Shown here one piece after another: positions 24,854-35,012 of a stretch of DNA of 50,819 bases; the first letter of the stretch is position 1; each line of letters begins with the position of its first letter. The translations under genes and the position numbers were made by a program. The notes below the pieces were generated by a model. It saw only the letters and a list, made by a program, of their open reading frames with translations. It had not been told where the DNA came from and made no database searches. Source of the DNA: Candidatus Avispirillum sp. (lineage in GTDB: Bacteria; Bacillota; Clostridia; Oscillospirales; CAG-272); contig JAZQAS010000027.1 of the NCBI GenBank assembly GCA_045545335.1, positions 1 through 50,819 on the forward strand. The letters are read 5' to 3'.

Positions 24854-24896
24854 ACATCATATGTCAAGTGATGTAACACATCATTTTATGATGTGT
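24854..24896. promoter_or_regulatory. Candidate XRE operators (ACATCA/TGATGT inverted repeats)
   Basis: acacatcat-ttt-atgatgtgt is a perfect 9-bp IR (24876-24896). acatca-N9-tgatgt lies at 24854-24874. Confidence 0.5.
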
Positions 24897-24945
24897 CTAT
24901 TCAGCTTATAATTGAAGTATAAAATCAACAAAGGATGATATAGCT

Positions 24946-25296
24946 ATGAAAAACGATCCGGCATCCGCAACCATAAATACACTTCTCGGAGAAAAGGTGC
25001 GCTCCCTCAGAGCGGAAAAGCGCATAACGAGAGAGGCCCTTGCAGAGAGGGTAGACGTCAGCACAAGATTTCTCGCAGACGTTGAGGCGGGAAAGGTTGG
25101 CGTTTCTCTATCCACCCTCAAAAAGCTCTGTATCGCTCTCGATACCTGCTCCGATCACCTTCTCGGCCTTTGCGAGCTGACCGACAACGAGATACTCCTC
25201 ACGGAGATAGACTCAAAGATCAAAAAGATCGATAAAAAGCACCTTATCGACCTTATCAGAATAATAGATGCTTTTTCCGATGCGCTGGACAAATAA
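24946..25296 (+). CDS. XRE-family HTH transcriptional regulator
   Basis: LGEKVRSLRAEKRITREALAERVDVSTRFLADVEAGKVGVSLSTLKKLCIAL. Confidence 0.85.
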   Translation: MKNDPASATINTLLGEKVRSLRAEKRITREALAERVDVSTRFLADVEAGKVGVSLSTLKKLCIALDTCSDHLLGLCELTDNEILLTEIDSKIKKIDKKHLIDLIRIIDAFSDALDK

Positions 25297-25378
25297 GCTC
25301 CCCAAAGAAGACCTTTTCGGTCTTCTTTTTTGTTTCATCATACGTTTTGCCGTAGTGGCTCCCTTGTGCGCCGCGGTT

Positions 25379-27874
25379 TTAATGAGGCAGTACTTCAACG
25401 TCGATATTCGTTTCGGGGTCATATTCTGCGTCGATCACGATAAATTCTCCTAAGGCTTCATCGTAATTCCACGTTGAAATTGAATATCCGATAAATCCGG
25501 CAGTGCTGCCAAAATACGTATATTGCTTGCAGATCAGCTCGTAGTCTCCCTCGCCGTCCACGTCATCGGTAATGATCTGACTTATATTATCTAATTCGGC
25601 GCCGCCCTCAAAGGTTGGGTCGCCATTCGCATCAAAGTAATTTCTTATCCAGTGACCTTCCTCTAAGGATTCCACGTATCTGTAACCGGTGTATTTATTT
25701 GTTATCTCAATACTGAAAGGGGCTATAAGCTTTGATTCAAAGCCGCTTTCCCGCGAGGTTGCTCTTGAGGCGTAGAAAATACGGTTGAGAGAGCCTTTGT
25801 CAACGTTGAATACATACGTATCGTAACCGCCTGCGCCGCCGCACCCGCCGTTAAACGCTACAAAGATGATCTCATCCCCTGCTTTCCCGTCTACGTTGCA
25901 AATTTTAATATCGGCAAGCTCTCCTCGCGTTACCTGATTTAACATTATATCACTGCCGTTTTCCACGGCAAAGTATATTTCCCAAAGGGGAGTCTTTTCA
26001 GTTTTTCTCGAAATAACGTACAGATTACCAAATGACGCGCTGTAGGGCTCGCTGATCTCCGTGTCTTCCTTGTTAAAAACCGTCTCTTTAAACAAGAAAC
26101 TCTTCCAGTTATCAGAGTTTGGGATACTCTCCGGTATTTCCAATAAAGCAAACTCCGCATCCACTACCCTAAACTCTTTTGCCTTTTTGTCATATTTCAA
26201 AATACTGACGCATTCTCCGAAGTTGTCTGCATTACTAATAAGACAAGTGCTTTGGTTTGCCACAAGCTCATATACGCCGTCACCGTCTGTATCTGAGGGA
26301 AAAACGGTAGTGTGCCACAGCCAAACAGATTTATTCTCCAAAGGATTTCCCGATTTGTCGTAAACCTGTTCGTATTCTTCATCGTCAGTGCCGAAAGCGT
26401 ATTCCGTTTCGTAACCGGTATGCTCGTTCTTTATGACTACCCTGTACGGCGCACGAAGCTCGAAAGAGAAGCCTGTGTCAAATCCTCTTTCTCCCACCCC
26501 GAACGTAGAAAAGATCTTCGTTAGTCTGCCTTTGTTTACTGAAAAAACGGCAGTTGATTTCACAGCGTTTCCGGTTAGCTCCTGTATACATATCTCATCA
26601 CCATTTTCACCGTCAAGATCGCAGATAGTCAGGCTTTCGATCACACTAAGCTCATCGTTTTTTTGGAGATATACGGTATCTTTGGTTTCTATTGCGAAAA
26701 ACGTGTCGTAATAAACACCCGAAACGTTATAGTGCTTTAATATGTAGAGATCACCGAATGACGCGCTGTAGGGCTCGCTGATCTCAACTCCGTACAGTCC
26801 CGCGCTTTCAAGGCCCTGTGTTTTCCAGTCCTTGGTGTTGGGGATGCTGTCTTTGGTTAATTCAAGGGGTAATGCTATCTCCTCCGTTTCAAACTTCACG
26901 GGAAGGGTAAAACTGTAGTTTGAAGAGCTGAAATACATGCTTATTCCGATACCGTCTTCATTCTTTACTTCGGATGGAACAGAAACTATTATCCAGAACT
27001 CTCGCTCTTCTTGTGGTTCAACTATGCTATACCTCATGTAATCTCTGACAGTCGAGTGTTCGTAGTATCTTTTTTCATTATAAACTATGGATGCACTGGT
27101 TGTTACCTGATGTGCCTCATCAAGATTTTTGACAAGCAGCTTTGCGCCAATAAATATATGCCCGTCATCGGGATAGTACACTTCCGTATCACCTGTTTCA
27201 CCGTAAGCATCCTCATAATTCATTGACTCAAGAACAGCAGTCTCAAGAACCGAGAACTCCATATATCCGTTAAGATCATAGATCGTTCCGATTTCAAGGT
27301 TTCCGTAATGCGTAAAAAAAGTGTCGCCATTTTCGTTATATCCGGTTCCTTCTATTTTCACATATTCATTACCCGCGTAATCGCTTGAAACTTTCCCGCT
27401 TATCTCAAACTCGATCCAGGCCTTGCCTTCTTTTTTGCCATCTTTGTCTGAAAGCTTGACCTCAATACGGTATTTGGCCCCCGTTCTCAGCTCTGCATAT
27501 TTGAGAGAGTACTCATCCGCACAGGTCTTAAATGGATGAAGCGCCCATTTGCCGGAATAAGAGGGCTCCGATATTTCTGTTTTTTCAAAGGTGCCGTTGC
27601 TTTCGATATATACCGTGTGGTGGGTAGATATGTAATACTCCTTTGGGGTACGGTTCGTCCATTTGATTTCGAGAAGAGGGTCCTCGTCATCAAGAATGGC
27701 CGATACGATCTCGGCGCTGATGCCGAAAACGTCGCATCCGCTGTCTGTGACCTTGATGCCGTCGACCTTTGAGTGTTTGCCGGACATTGTAAAAAGCATC
27801 ACCGCAGCGCAGACGATCAAAACGGTAACGATAACAGCACATATTATAATTATTCGCAGAGTATGCTTTTTCAT
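25379..27874 (-). CDS. Large membrane-anchored extracellular protein, hypothetical, with duplicated C-terminal modules
   Basis: 831 aa, RBS GGAGGGG, N-terminal TM anchor. Two ~242-aa modules each start ..EISEPYSASFG.LY and contain DxDGxGDxE loops (DLDGENGDE, DTDGDGVYE, NVDGKAGDE, DVDGEGDYE). Lower GC than neighbours. Confidence 0.7.
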   Translation of the reverse strand: MKKHTLRIIIICAVIVTVLIVCAAVMLFTMSGKHSKVDGIKVTDSGCDVFGISAEIVSAILDDEDPLLEIKWTNRTPKEYYISTHHTVYIESNGTFEKTEISEPSYSGKWALHPFKTCADEYSLKYAELRTGAKYRIEVKLSDKDGKKEGKAWIEFEISGKVSSDYAGNEYVKIEGTGYNENGDTFFTHYGNLEIGTIYDLNGYMEFSVLETAVLESMNYEDAYGETGDTEVYYPDDGHIFIGAKLLVKNLDEAHQVTTSASIVYNEKRYYEHSTVRDYMRYSIVEPQEEREFWIIVSVPSEVKNEDGIGISMYFSSSNYSFTLPVKFETEEIALPLELTKDSIPNTKDWKTQGLESAGLYGVEISEPYSASFGDLYILKHYNVSGVYYDTFFAIETKDTVYLQKNDELSVIESLTICDLDGENGDEICIQELTGNAVKSTAVFSVNKGRLTKIFSTFGVGERGFDTGFSFELRAPYRVVIKNEHTGYETEYAFGTDDEEYEQVYDKSGNPLENKSVWLWHTTVFPSDTDGDGVYELVANQSTCLISNADNFGECVSILKYDKKAKEFRVVDAEFALLEIPESIPNSDNWKSFLFKETVFNKEDTEISEPYSASFGNLYVISRKTEKTPLWEIYFAVENGSDIMLNQVTRGELADIKICNVDGKAGDEIIFVAFNGGCGGAGGYDTYVFNVDKGSLNRIFYASRATSRESGFESKLIAPFSIEITNKYTGYRYVESLEEGHWIRNYFDANGDPTFEGGAELDNISQIITDDVDGEGDYELICKQYTYFGSTAGFIGYSISTWNYDEALGEFIVIDAEYDPETNIDVEVLPH
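25400..26850 (-). repeat. Tandem intragenic duplication, period 726 nt
   Basis: A 29-nt identical patch aatgacgcgctgtagggctcgctgatctc occurs at 26031-26059 and 26757-26785. The protein modules align along their length. Confidence 0.7.
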
Positions 27875-27999
27875 AGTACCCCTCCGTGTTTGTCTTTGTC
27901 AATTTAATATTAACATACAAAGAGATATACTGTCAAGGAAAAAGGGATTGCACTTTACACAGAAAATACCGTCTGTATGATATCATGCTCCTTCCACAG

Positions 28000-28075
28000 A
28001 GCGCAAACCGAATTAATTTTGATGCACAAACGAAGAAAAAAGATACACGTTGTTGTAGGGGTCGACGTCCCCCAA
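28000..28075. repeat. GTAGGG-hairpin family, partial inverted copy 3
   Basis: aattttgatgcacaaacgaagaaaaaagatacacgttgttgtaggggtcgacgtcccc aligns with the reverse complement of 16785-16850. Confidence 0.65.
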
Positions 28076-28189
28076 AAAAACAATACCGCTCTTCCGCCTA
28101 CGCTCGGGATTTAGTTATTTTTTATATTAACAAACTGTTAGAAATTGTATTTTTGTTCCTTAATTATATGTAATACTTTTCAATAATCC

Positions 28190-28218
28190 TTGAAATCAGA
28201 TGCGTTTTGTAGTATAAT
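28190..28218 (+). promoter_or_regulatory. Promoter of the envelope cluster
   Basis: ttgaaa (28190-28195), 17-nt spacer, tataat (28213-28218). Confidence 0.55.
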
Positions 28219-28256
28219 ACACTATGTATAGTTATGTACAGAAAGGAGGTCGGCAT

Positions 28257-30041
28257 ATGGACACGCAAAAGGGTAGCTATACCAATGGCAAAAGGGCGGC
28301 TCTCGCCCGCATATCGGACGTTCGCACCCGCGTTGCAAGGCTTTTTGACAGAAGCATCGCCGTTCGTATGACCGATATCCTGAGGCGGCGCTTTCTCGCC
28401 CTCTCAACAAAAGCTCTCGGAGTTTTCTTTCTCACTCTCGGCGCCTACGCCTTCATCATCTCCCTGATGCTGACACTCTTTACGGACAGAAGCCCCGATG
28501 CCTCCGCGATCTACGGCGGCCTTTTGACGGCTATCTCCTCCCTGCCCCTTCTTTTTTCCAAGGGCAACGTTACTACCCTCCTAAAGTTCAGCCGCGCAGG
28601 CGAGGTCATCTGCGATCATCTCAGCATCCGCACCGAGGCCCTTCGCGACCACGTGCCCGGCGGCCATCTGAGCATCGGTTTTACCGCAGGCGTTATCGCA
28701 AGCCTTGCTACCCTCTTTATACCATACCGCACCGTGATGCTTATTCTTTTCCTCTTTCTTGCGGCCTGCATCATTATGTGCTCCCCCGAATCCGGCCTTG
28801 CGTTTTCCCTTCTCTTTCTCTTTACGGCTGATATCCGCCTGCAATACCTCGTTATTCTGGTGACTATGATCTCCTACGCCGTGAAGCTCATCCGCGGCAA
28901 GCGCACGTTGCGTATGGGCAGGAGCGATATCCTTATTGCCCTTTTTGCCCTCTGCACTTTAGGCGCAGTCTTCTTCGTTTCCGAGGGAAAGGGCGATGCC
29001 AAAAACCTGAGATACGTTTTTCTCATCATCCCCTATTTTCTCACCGTTTGCCTTTCGGCAGACTGCAGAAACATCAAAAAAACCATGAGCGCTGCCACAA
29101 GCCTTGCAGGTCTTATTGCAGCTCTCTACTGCCTCGGCTTTGCCCTTCGCGCTCTTATCCCCACGGACATCGCCGTTGACCCCTCGTTCCTTATAAGAAA
29201 AATCAGCGGACTGCCCCTTTTCGAGAGCGGCGCCGCTCCATTCGTTTTCGCTTCGCTTATTCCCGTTTGCTTCGCATTTATTATGAAGCCCCGCAGCGAT
29301 GGCAACCGCTTTACCATTCTCCTTTGCCTTATCTCCATGGTCAGCGCCCTTATGCTGACGGAGGAGCTTGCTTTTCTCGCCGCTGCCACTATTGCAACGG
29401 TGGTGCTTCTCCTCTCCACGGGAAGCAAGAGGATATATTTCATTCTCACCGCGGTTCTCGCCGTTTGCATCGTTACCTCCCTTGCGGGAAGCGTTGGCGA
29501 CACTATAACCGCCTACGTTACGGACCACATCCGCGAGGCCTACTCTCAGGCTGAAAACACCTTCGCCTTCAGCAAGGCCCCCGTTTCAAGTGAGTTTCTT
29601 TTCTCGGGCCGCGGCTTTGGCGACGGGGGAAGCGACGCAGGCTTTATCTACAGCCTGCTCTCCCGCCTCGGTCTTTGCTCGCTTCTCATTCTTGCAGTAT
29701 TCTTCCTCTTCCTCATTGCCGATGCCGGCCACCTTATCCGCTCGACCCGCAGGCAAAACGCCTCCAGCGATTGCCTCGCCCGCTTTGCAAGCACGAGCAA
29801 TCCCTCCGAAACGAGAATGGGTATGATCGCAGTGCTCTCCGCTCTTTTATCCGCAGCACTCTGCGCTACCTTTTTCGATCTCTACTCAAGAGAGCTCTCC
29901 TACCTTTGGTTCTTCATCCTCTGCGGAGTATGTTCGGCATATGCAGAAAATTCCCGCCGCGAGATAGCCAAGGCTGAATGCTCCCTCTCCTTCGACGTTG
30001 GATGCGACCGCGCCTTCGCAATTCTTGAAAAGGATCGCTGA
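28257..30041 (+). CDS. Polytopic membrane protein, O-antigen ligase/polymerase-like (tentative)
   Basis: ATG 28257 after AAAGGAGG. 594 aa with at least 12 hydrophobic helices. The function call rests on context and general resemblance only. Confidence 0.45.
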   Translation: MDTQKGSYTNGKRAALARISDVRTRVARLFDRSIAVRMTDILRRRFLALSTKALGVFFLTLGAYAFIISLMLTLFTDRSPDASAIYGGLLTAISSLPLLFSKGNVTTLLKFSRAGEVICDHLSIRTEALRDHVPGGHLSIGFTAGVIASLATLFIPYRTVMLILFLFLAACIIMCSPESGLAFSLLFLFTADIRLQYLVILVTMISYAVKLIRGKRTLRMGRSDILIALFALCTLGAVFFVSEGKGDAKNLRYVFLIIPYFLTVCLSADCRNIKKTMSAATSLAGLIAALYCLGFALRALIPTDIAVDPSFLIRKISGLPLFESGAAPFVFASLIPVCFAFIMKPRSDGNRFTILLCLISMVSALMLTEELAFLAAATIATVVLLLSTGSKRIYFILTAVLAVCIVTSLAGSVGDTITAYVTDHIREAYSQAENTFAFSKAPVSSEFLFSGRGFGDGGSDAGFIYSLLSRLGLCSLLILAVFFLFLIADAGHLIRSTRRQNASSDCLARFASTSNPSETRMGMIAVLSALLSAALCATFFDLYSRELSYLWFFILCGVCSAYAENSRREIAKAECSLSFDVGCDRAFAILEKDR

Positions 30042-30058
30042 CGAAAGGAACCTGATTT

Positions 30059-30526
30059 ATGAAAAACAGAAAAAGCTTTAACATTATTGATATAGTTATC
30101 ATCCTGTCCCTCCTTGCCGTTATCGGCGCGGCGGTGTTCGGCTTCGTTTCCGGCATCGGCGCCGTGGGCGAAAAGGCCGTTATCCGCTACGTGCTTGAGG
30201 TGGACCCCATTGACAGCGAGCTTTGCGCCAAGGTCAGCGTAGGCGACGGAGTTTACAGCTACGACGACTCTCAGCGAATCGGCACCGTTTATGCCGTTTC
30301 CACAGCGCAGGCCTACCACACGGGAACCGACTCTCAGGGCTCTGCCGTTTCCTCCCCTCTCGAGGGCAAAAGCGTTCTCTACGTTACCGTTGAGGCGGAG
30401 GCTATGGTCAGCGAAAAGGGCTACACCGTGGGAACCCAGCTTATCAATGCAGGCAAAAAAATAGATATACGCTACCCCCATCTTTTCTGCTCCTCGACCT
30501 GCGTCAGCGTTGAGGTAGCAAAATGA
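30059..30526 (+). CDS. DUF4330-like single-TM protein
   Basis: MKNRKSFNIIDIVIILSLLAVIGAAVF is an N-terminal anchor, followed by a beta-rich domain. Confidence 0.6.
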   Translation: MKNRKSFNIIDIVIILSLLAVIGAAVFGFVSGIGAVGEKAVIRYVLEVDPIDSELCAKVSVGDGVYSYDDSQRIGTVYAVSTAQAYHTGTDSQGSAVSSPLEGKSVLYVTVEAEAMVSEKGYTVGTQLINAGKKIDIRYPHLFCSSTCVSVEVAK

Positions 30527-30567
30527 CCGCTCCGGAATTTTAAGAACAACAAAGGAATGGTGAAATT

Positions 30568-31761
30568 ATGACTTTTACTTCTTTTATCATCGCGATCGTT
30601 GCAGTAGTCTGCGCGGCTCTGGTATCCTATACCACAACGCCGCCCGTTCGTCTTCTTGCATTCCGCATCGGCGCTATCGACATCCCCACGGATGCCCGCC
30701 GTATGCATAAGAAGCCTACCCCCCGCATCGGCGGCCTTGCTATCTTTGCAGGCTTTCTGGTTGCCACCCTCGTTTTCTGCGAGCCCTCCGCTCAGCTCTA
30801 CGCTATCTGGATCGGCGGCGGCATCCTCGTCATCCTCGGTGTTCTTGATGATATCTTCCGCCTCTCTGCGTGGCTCAAGCTCATCGTTCAGCTCTGCGTT
30901 GCGGGTATTGCCGTTTCCTTCGGCATCGTTATCGATCATATAACCTTTGCAGGCGCTGTTATCGAATTCGGCTATTTCTCCATCCCTATCACCATGCTCT
31001 GGATCGTTGGCCTCTCCAACGCCATCAACCTTATAGACGGACTTGACGGCCTCTCCTGCGGTATCTCCGCCATCACCTCCGTTTCCATCTTTATGGTAAT
31101 GCTCATCACAGGCGACTTTACAAGCGCCCTCATTACCGCCATCCTCACAGGCGCATGCCTCGGATTTCTCCCCTACAACAGAAACCCCGCAAAGATCTTT
31201 ATGGGCGATACGGGAGCTCTTTTCCTCGGATATACCCTCTCCATCATATCCGTTCAGGGACTTTTCAAGCTTCACACAATGCTCTCCTTCCTCGTTCCCA
31301 TTTCCATCTTCGCGCTCCCCATTCTCGATACCCTTATCGCAATCATCCGCCGCGTGCTTCACGGACAGAGCCCCTTCCACCCCGACCGCGGCCACTTCCA
31401 CCACAAGCTCGTTGATATGGGCTTTACCCACAAGGAGGCCGTTAAGCTCCTCTACGCTATCAGCGCTCTTATGGGTCTTGTAGCCGTTACTTATACGGAC
31501 GCCATCTTCCAGGAGGCTACCACAAAGATCTGGAAAACTCTCATAATCCTCATCGCGGCTATCATCATCATCATTCTCGTCTTCATCTGCATGAAGAAGC
31601 CCAGCACCCGTATCCTCTCAGGCCTTGCGGCTCACGTCAGCGAGATCAGACTTGAGGCGGACAAGCAGGAACGCGAGGCAAGAGAAAAGGCTGAGGCTGA
31701 GGCCGAGGCCGCTGAAAAGACTGCCTCTCACGAGAAAAAGAAGAAGAATAAAATCGACTGA
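30568..31761 (+). CDS. MraY/WecA-family (GT4) undecaprenyl-phosphate sugar-1-phosphate transferase, TagO/WecA-like, with Lys/Glu-rich tail
   Basis: DARRMHKKPTPRIGGLAIF, NAINLIDGLDGL and MGDTGALFLGY. The C-terminus is EADKQEREAREKAEAEAEAAEKTASHEKKKKNKID. Confidence 0.85.
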   Translation: MTFTSFIIAIVAVVCAALVSYTTTPPVRLLAFRIGAIDIPTDARRMHKKPTPRIGGLAIFAGFLVATLVFCEPSAQLYAIWIGGGILVILGVLDDIFRLSAWLKLIVQLCVAGIAVSFGIVIDHITFAGAVIEFGYFSIPITMLWIVGLSNAINLIDGLDGLSCGISAITSVSIFMVMLITGDFTSALITAILTGACLGFLPYNRNPAKIFMGDTGALFLGYTLSIISVQGLFKLHTMLSFLVPISIFALPILDTLIAIIRRVLHGQSPFHPDRGHFHHKLVDMGFTHKEAVKLLYAISALMGLVAVTYTDAIFQEATTKIWKTLIILIAAIIIIILVFICMKKPSTRILSGLAAHVSEIRLEADKQEREAREKAEAEAEAAEKTASHEKKKKNKID

Positions 31762-31781
31762 TATACCGATATAATAAGACT

Positions 31782-32282
31782 ATGAACAACAAAGAAAACA
31801 TACAGAAAAAAAGAAGAGCCACGGCTGTTGATATCCTTATAGCCGTGCTCCTCCTCCTCTGCCTTGCAGGGATCGGCGTTCGCATCGCCGTTGGCGACGG
31901 AGGCCTCTTCTCAAGCGACAAAAAGGGAACATACCTCGTTTCCTACACAGTTTGCGCAGAGAGAGACGAGTTTACCAACTGCTACTCCGAGGGACGGGAG
32001 TTCTACCTTGAAAACGGAGATACCTTCGGCACACTTACGGGCAACGCCACCTTTACCCCCGCAGAAATGCTCACCGAAAACTCAAGGGGCGAGGCCGTTC
32101 TCGGCTATGCCACAGACGGCACCGTTGACGTTTCGGGCACCTTCCTCGTTAAGGGCACTATGACGGACAGCGGATTTCTCCTGAACTCCAACACCTATAT
32201 CGCCGCTAATATGGCTCTCACCGTTTCCAGCGCCGATATCACCTCTGAAATAATCATTACCGACATCGTTAAGGCTCCCTGA
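31782..32282 (+). CDS. DUF4330-like single-TM protein (second copy)
   Basis: KRRATAVDILIAVLLLLCLAGIGVRIAV anchor. Same architecture as 30059-30526. Confidence 0.55.
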   Translation: MNNKENIQKKRRATAVDILIAVLLLLCLAGIGVRIAVGDGGLFSSDKKGTYLVSYTVCAERDEFTNCYSEGREFYLENGDTFGTLTGNATFTPAEMLTENSRGEAVLGYATDGTVDVSGTFLVKGTMTDSGFLLNSNTYIAANMALTVSSADITSEIIITDIVKAP

Positions 32283-32314
32283 GGCGCCTCTCAGCTTCCC
32301 AAAGGAGGAAAAAC

Positions 32315-33469
32315 GTGACAAATCTTCGTAACTTCGGAATAATTTTCGCCGTATCCCTTGTTATTCTCGGCATCATCGCCATTATCGCCTGCGGATACGT
32401 TGCAGACACGGTCTGCGCCATTTTTGAGGACCGCGGCGACGAGCTCGACGACCTTCTCGCAAGCGACCCCAAGGAGACCACGGGCATCGGCAACGAGGGC
32501 GAGGACGACAGACTGACCCGCCCCATAAACGGCGAAAGCTTCTCCTGGCTTATGATAGTTTCCGACTATCGCCCCTCCGTTTTCAAGAACTACTTCCCCA
32601 CCTCTGCAAAGGACGTGGATAAGCTTGAGGACTTCGGCATCCTTGACGACGACTATAAGCTGGTTGAGGCTACGAGCATCGTTCTCGTTCACGCTGACGT
32701 TGAGACCCGCGAATACGTTATTATGACCTTCCCCACCGCCACAAAGGTGGACACCGCCTTCGGCACGGTGACTCTCGGAGAGCTCTACGCCATTGACGGA
32801 GCAAACGCTCTCTCCAAAAAGGTCAGCGCTATGACGGGCCTTGAAATAGACTACTACTCCGTTATGCACTCCTCAGACCTTACCCTTATCGCAAACACCA
32901 TAGGCAGCATTGAATGCACTGTCCCCGTTGATATCGCATACGACGGCAAGAACTACGTTACCCTCCCCGAGGAAAAAGAGGAGGACACGTCGAAAAAGCC
33001 CGACACGACGAAGGCTGACAAGGACAAGGACGAGGACGGCAAGGACAAGGAGGATAAGGACGAGACCACGGAGCCTGAGACCACCTACGTTTCCGAGATC
33101 GACCGCGCCTCAAGCGTGCGCCTTGCGAAAAAGCTGATGGCGGCTCTCCTCTACTACGACGATACCGACGGCATCGACGACGAGATGCTCATCCTTCAGA
33201 GCTTTGCAAACGGACTTATGCTCAACCTCTCCGACGACTCTGACGGCTCTCTTACTCAGGAGTTCACAAGCATTCAGAAAAAGATGGTCAAGACCAACAT
33301 CACAAAGGACGACGTTCTCGCAAATGCAGAGGTCATCCGCGCATACAGCTGGTTCAAGATCCAGACCCTTACCTACCCCGGCAAGTTTATAAATGGCAAG
33401 GCAGGCAGAGAGGGCTTCTACAATCCCGATATTGACGCGGCTATCAGCTTCTTCGCAGATTACCGCTGA
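32315..33469 (+). CDS. LytR-CpsA-Psr (LCP)-like protein, diverged, with acidic Lys/Asp insert
   Basis: GTG 32315 after AAAGGAGG, with a TM anchor. ..IVLVHADVETREYVIMTFPTATKV...AMTGLEIDYYSVMHSSDL..IGSIECTVPVDI resembles the LCP core. Contains a KADKDKDEDGKDKEDKDE insert. Confidence 0.55.
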   Translation: MTNLRNFGIIFAVSLVILGIIAIIACGYVADTVCAIFEDRGDELDDLLASDPKETTGIGNEGEDDRLTRPINGESFSWLMIVSDYRPSVFKNYFPTSAKDVDKLEDFGILDDDYKLVEATSIVLVHADVETREYVIMTFPTATKVDTAFGTVTLGELYAIDGANALSKKVSAMTGLEIDYYSVMHSSDLTLIANTIGSIECTVPVDIAYDGKNYVTLPEEKEEDTSKKPDTTKADKDKDEDGKDKEDKDETTEPETTYVSEIDRASSVRLAKKLMAALLYYDDTDGIDDEMLILQSFANGLMLNLSDDSDGSLTQEFTSIQKKMVKTNITKDDVLANAEVIRAYSWFKIQTLTYPGKFINGKAGREGFYNPDIDAAISFFADYR

Positions 33470-33569
33470 GGTTACTTTTCGAAGGTATTTTGCCTGTCTA
33501 TACTATTTTTGACAGGCTGATATATATAAAACATTTCATTTTGTAAATAACCGAAAGGACATAAATATC

Positions 33570-34976
33570 ATGGCAAGAATGAAAAACACAGATAAGACGA
33601 TGGATAAGATCGTCGCACTTTGCAAGAACCGCGGCTTCGTCTACGCAGGCAGCGAGATCTACGGCGGTCTCGCAAACTCCTGGGACTACGGCCCCCTCGG
33701 CGTTGAATTCAAGAACAACGTTAAGAAGGCTTGGTGGAAGAAGTTCGTTCAGGAATCCAAATATAACGTCGGCCTTGACGCAGGTATCCTTATGAACCCC
33801 CGCACCTGGGTAGCTTCAGGCCACGTCGTTAACTTTAACGACCCCCTTATCGACTGCCACTCCTGCAAGATGCGCCACCGCGCTGACAAGCTTATTGAGG
33901 ACTGGAATGCTGAAAACGGCATTGATATGGTGGTTGAGGCTCTCTCCAATGAGGAGATGACCGCTTATATCCGCGAAAAGGGCGTTCCCTGCCCCGGCTG
34001 CGGCAAGTGCGATTTCACCGATATCCGTAAGTTCAATATGATGTTCAAGACCTTCCAGGGCGTTACAGAGGACTCCTCTACCGAGCTCTACCTCCGCCCC
34101 GAGACCGCGCAGGGCATCTTCGTTAACTTTAAGAACGTTCAGAGAACTACAAGAAAGAAGGTCCCCTTCGGTGTTTGCCAGATCGGTAAGTCCTTCCGTA
34201 ACGAGATCACTCCCGGTAACTTCACCTTCCGTACCCGCGAGTTCGAGCAGATGGAGCTTGAGTTCTACTGCAAGCCCGGCACCGACCTTGACTGGTTCAA
34301 CTACTGGAAGGATTACTGCCACAAGTGGCTCCTTGACCTTGGCATGAGAGACGAGAACCTCAAGCTCCGCGATCACGAGCAGGCTGAGCTCTCTCACTAC
34401 TCCAAGGCCACCACCGACTTTGAGTTTATGTTCCCCTTCGGATGGGGCGAGCTCTGGGGCATTGCCGACAGAACCGACTTTGACCTTAAGTCTCACCAGA
34501 ACGAGTCCGGCGAGGCTATGGACTACTTCGATCCCGAAACGAACGAAAAGTACATACCCTACGTTGTTGAGCCCTCCCTCGGCGCTGACCGCGTTGCCCT
34601 CGCATTCCTTATCGAGGCTTACGACGAGGAGATCGTTGACGAGGCAAAGAACGACGTCAGAGTAGTTCTTCACCTCCATCCCGCTCTCGCGCCTATCAAG
34701 GCTGCAGTTCTTCCCCTCTCCAAAAAGCTCTCCGAGGGCGCTGAAGAGGTTTACGCTGAGCTTGCAAAGTACTTCCGCGTTGACTTCGATGAGACAGGCT
34801 CTATCGGTAAGCGCTACCGCAGACAGGACGAGATCGGTACTCCCTTCTGCATTACCTATGACTTCGACTCCGTTGAGGACGGCTGCGTGACCGTTCGTGA
34901 GCGTGACTCCATGGAGCAGGTCCGCCTCCCCATCGCAGAGCTTAAGTCCTACCTTGAGGAAAAGCTTTATTTCTAA
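33570..34976 (+). CDS. glyQS: Glycine--tRNA ligase (dimeric class II, GlyQS)
   Basis: [61 protein letters not shown] and GADRV. Confidence 0.92.
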   Translation: MARMKNTDKTMDKIVALCKNRGFVYAGSEIYGGLANSWDYGPLGVEFKNNVKKAWWKKFVQESKYNVGLDAGILMNPRTWVASGHVVNFNDPLIDCHSCKMRHRADKLIEDWNAENGIDMVVEALSNEEMTAYIREKGVPCPGCGKCDFTDIRKFNMMFKTFQGVTEDSSTELYLRPETAQGIFVNFKNVQRTTRKKVPFGVCQIGKSFRNEITPGNFTFRTREFEQMELEFYCKPGTDLDWFNYWKDYCHKWLLDLGMRDENLKLRDHEQAELSHYSKATTDFEFMFPFGWGELWGIADRTDFDLKSHQNESGEAMDYFDPETNEKYIPYVVEPSLGADRVALAFLIEAYDEEIVDEAKNDVRVVLHLHPALAPIKAAVLPLSKKLSEGAEEVYAELAKYFRVDFDETGSIGKRYRRQDEIGTPFCITYDFDSVEDGCVTVRERDSMEQVRLPIAELKSYLEEKLYF

Positions 34977-35012
34977 GATGAAATATTTCGCAGAAACTTT
35001 TCTGAAAAAAAG

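Noticed and set aside
25400-26850. Diversity-generating retroelement (TR/VR pair) in the 831-aa gene.
   Set aside because: Both copies are coding modules of the same ORF, the differences are not adenine-specific, and there is no reverse transcriptase nearby. It is a plain domain duplication.
27875-28256. Replication origin at the point where gene orientation switches from mostly minus to mostly plus.
   Set aside because: There is no dnaA/dnaN and no cluster of DnaA boxes. The only TTATCCACA I noticed is a single copy inside the dockerin-protein gene near 8961. The orientation switch alone is insufficient evidence.
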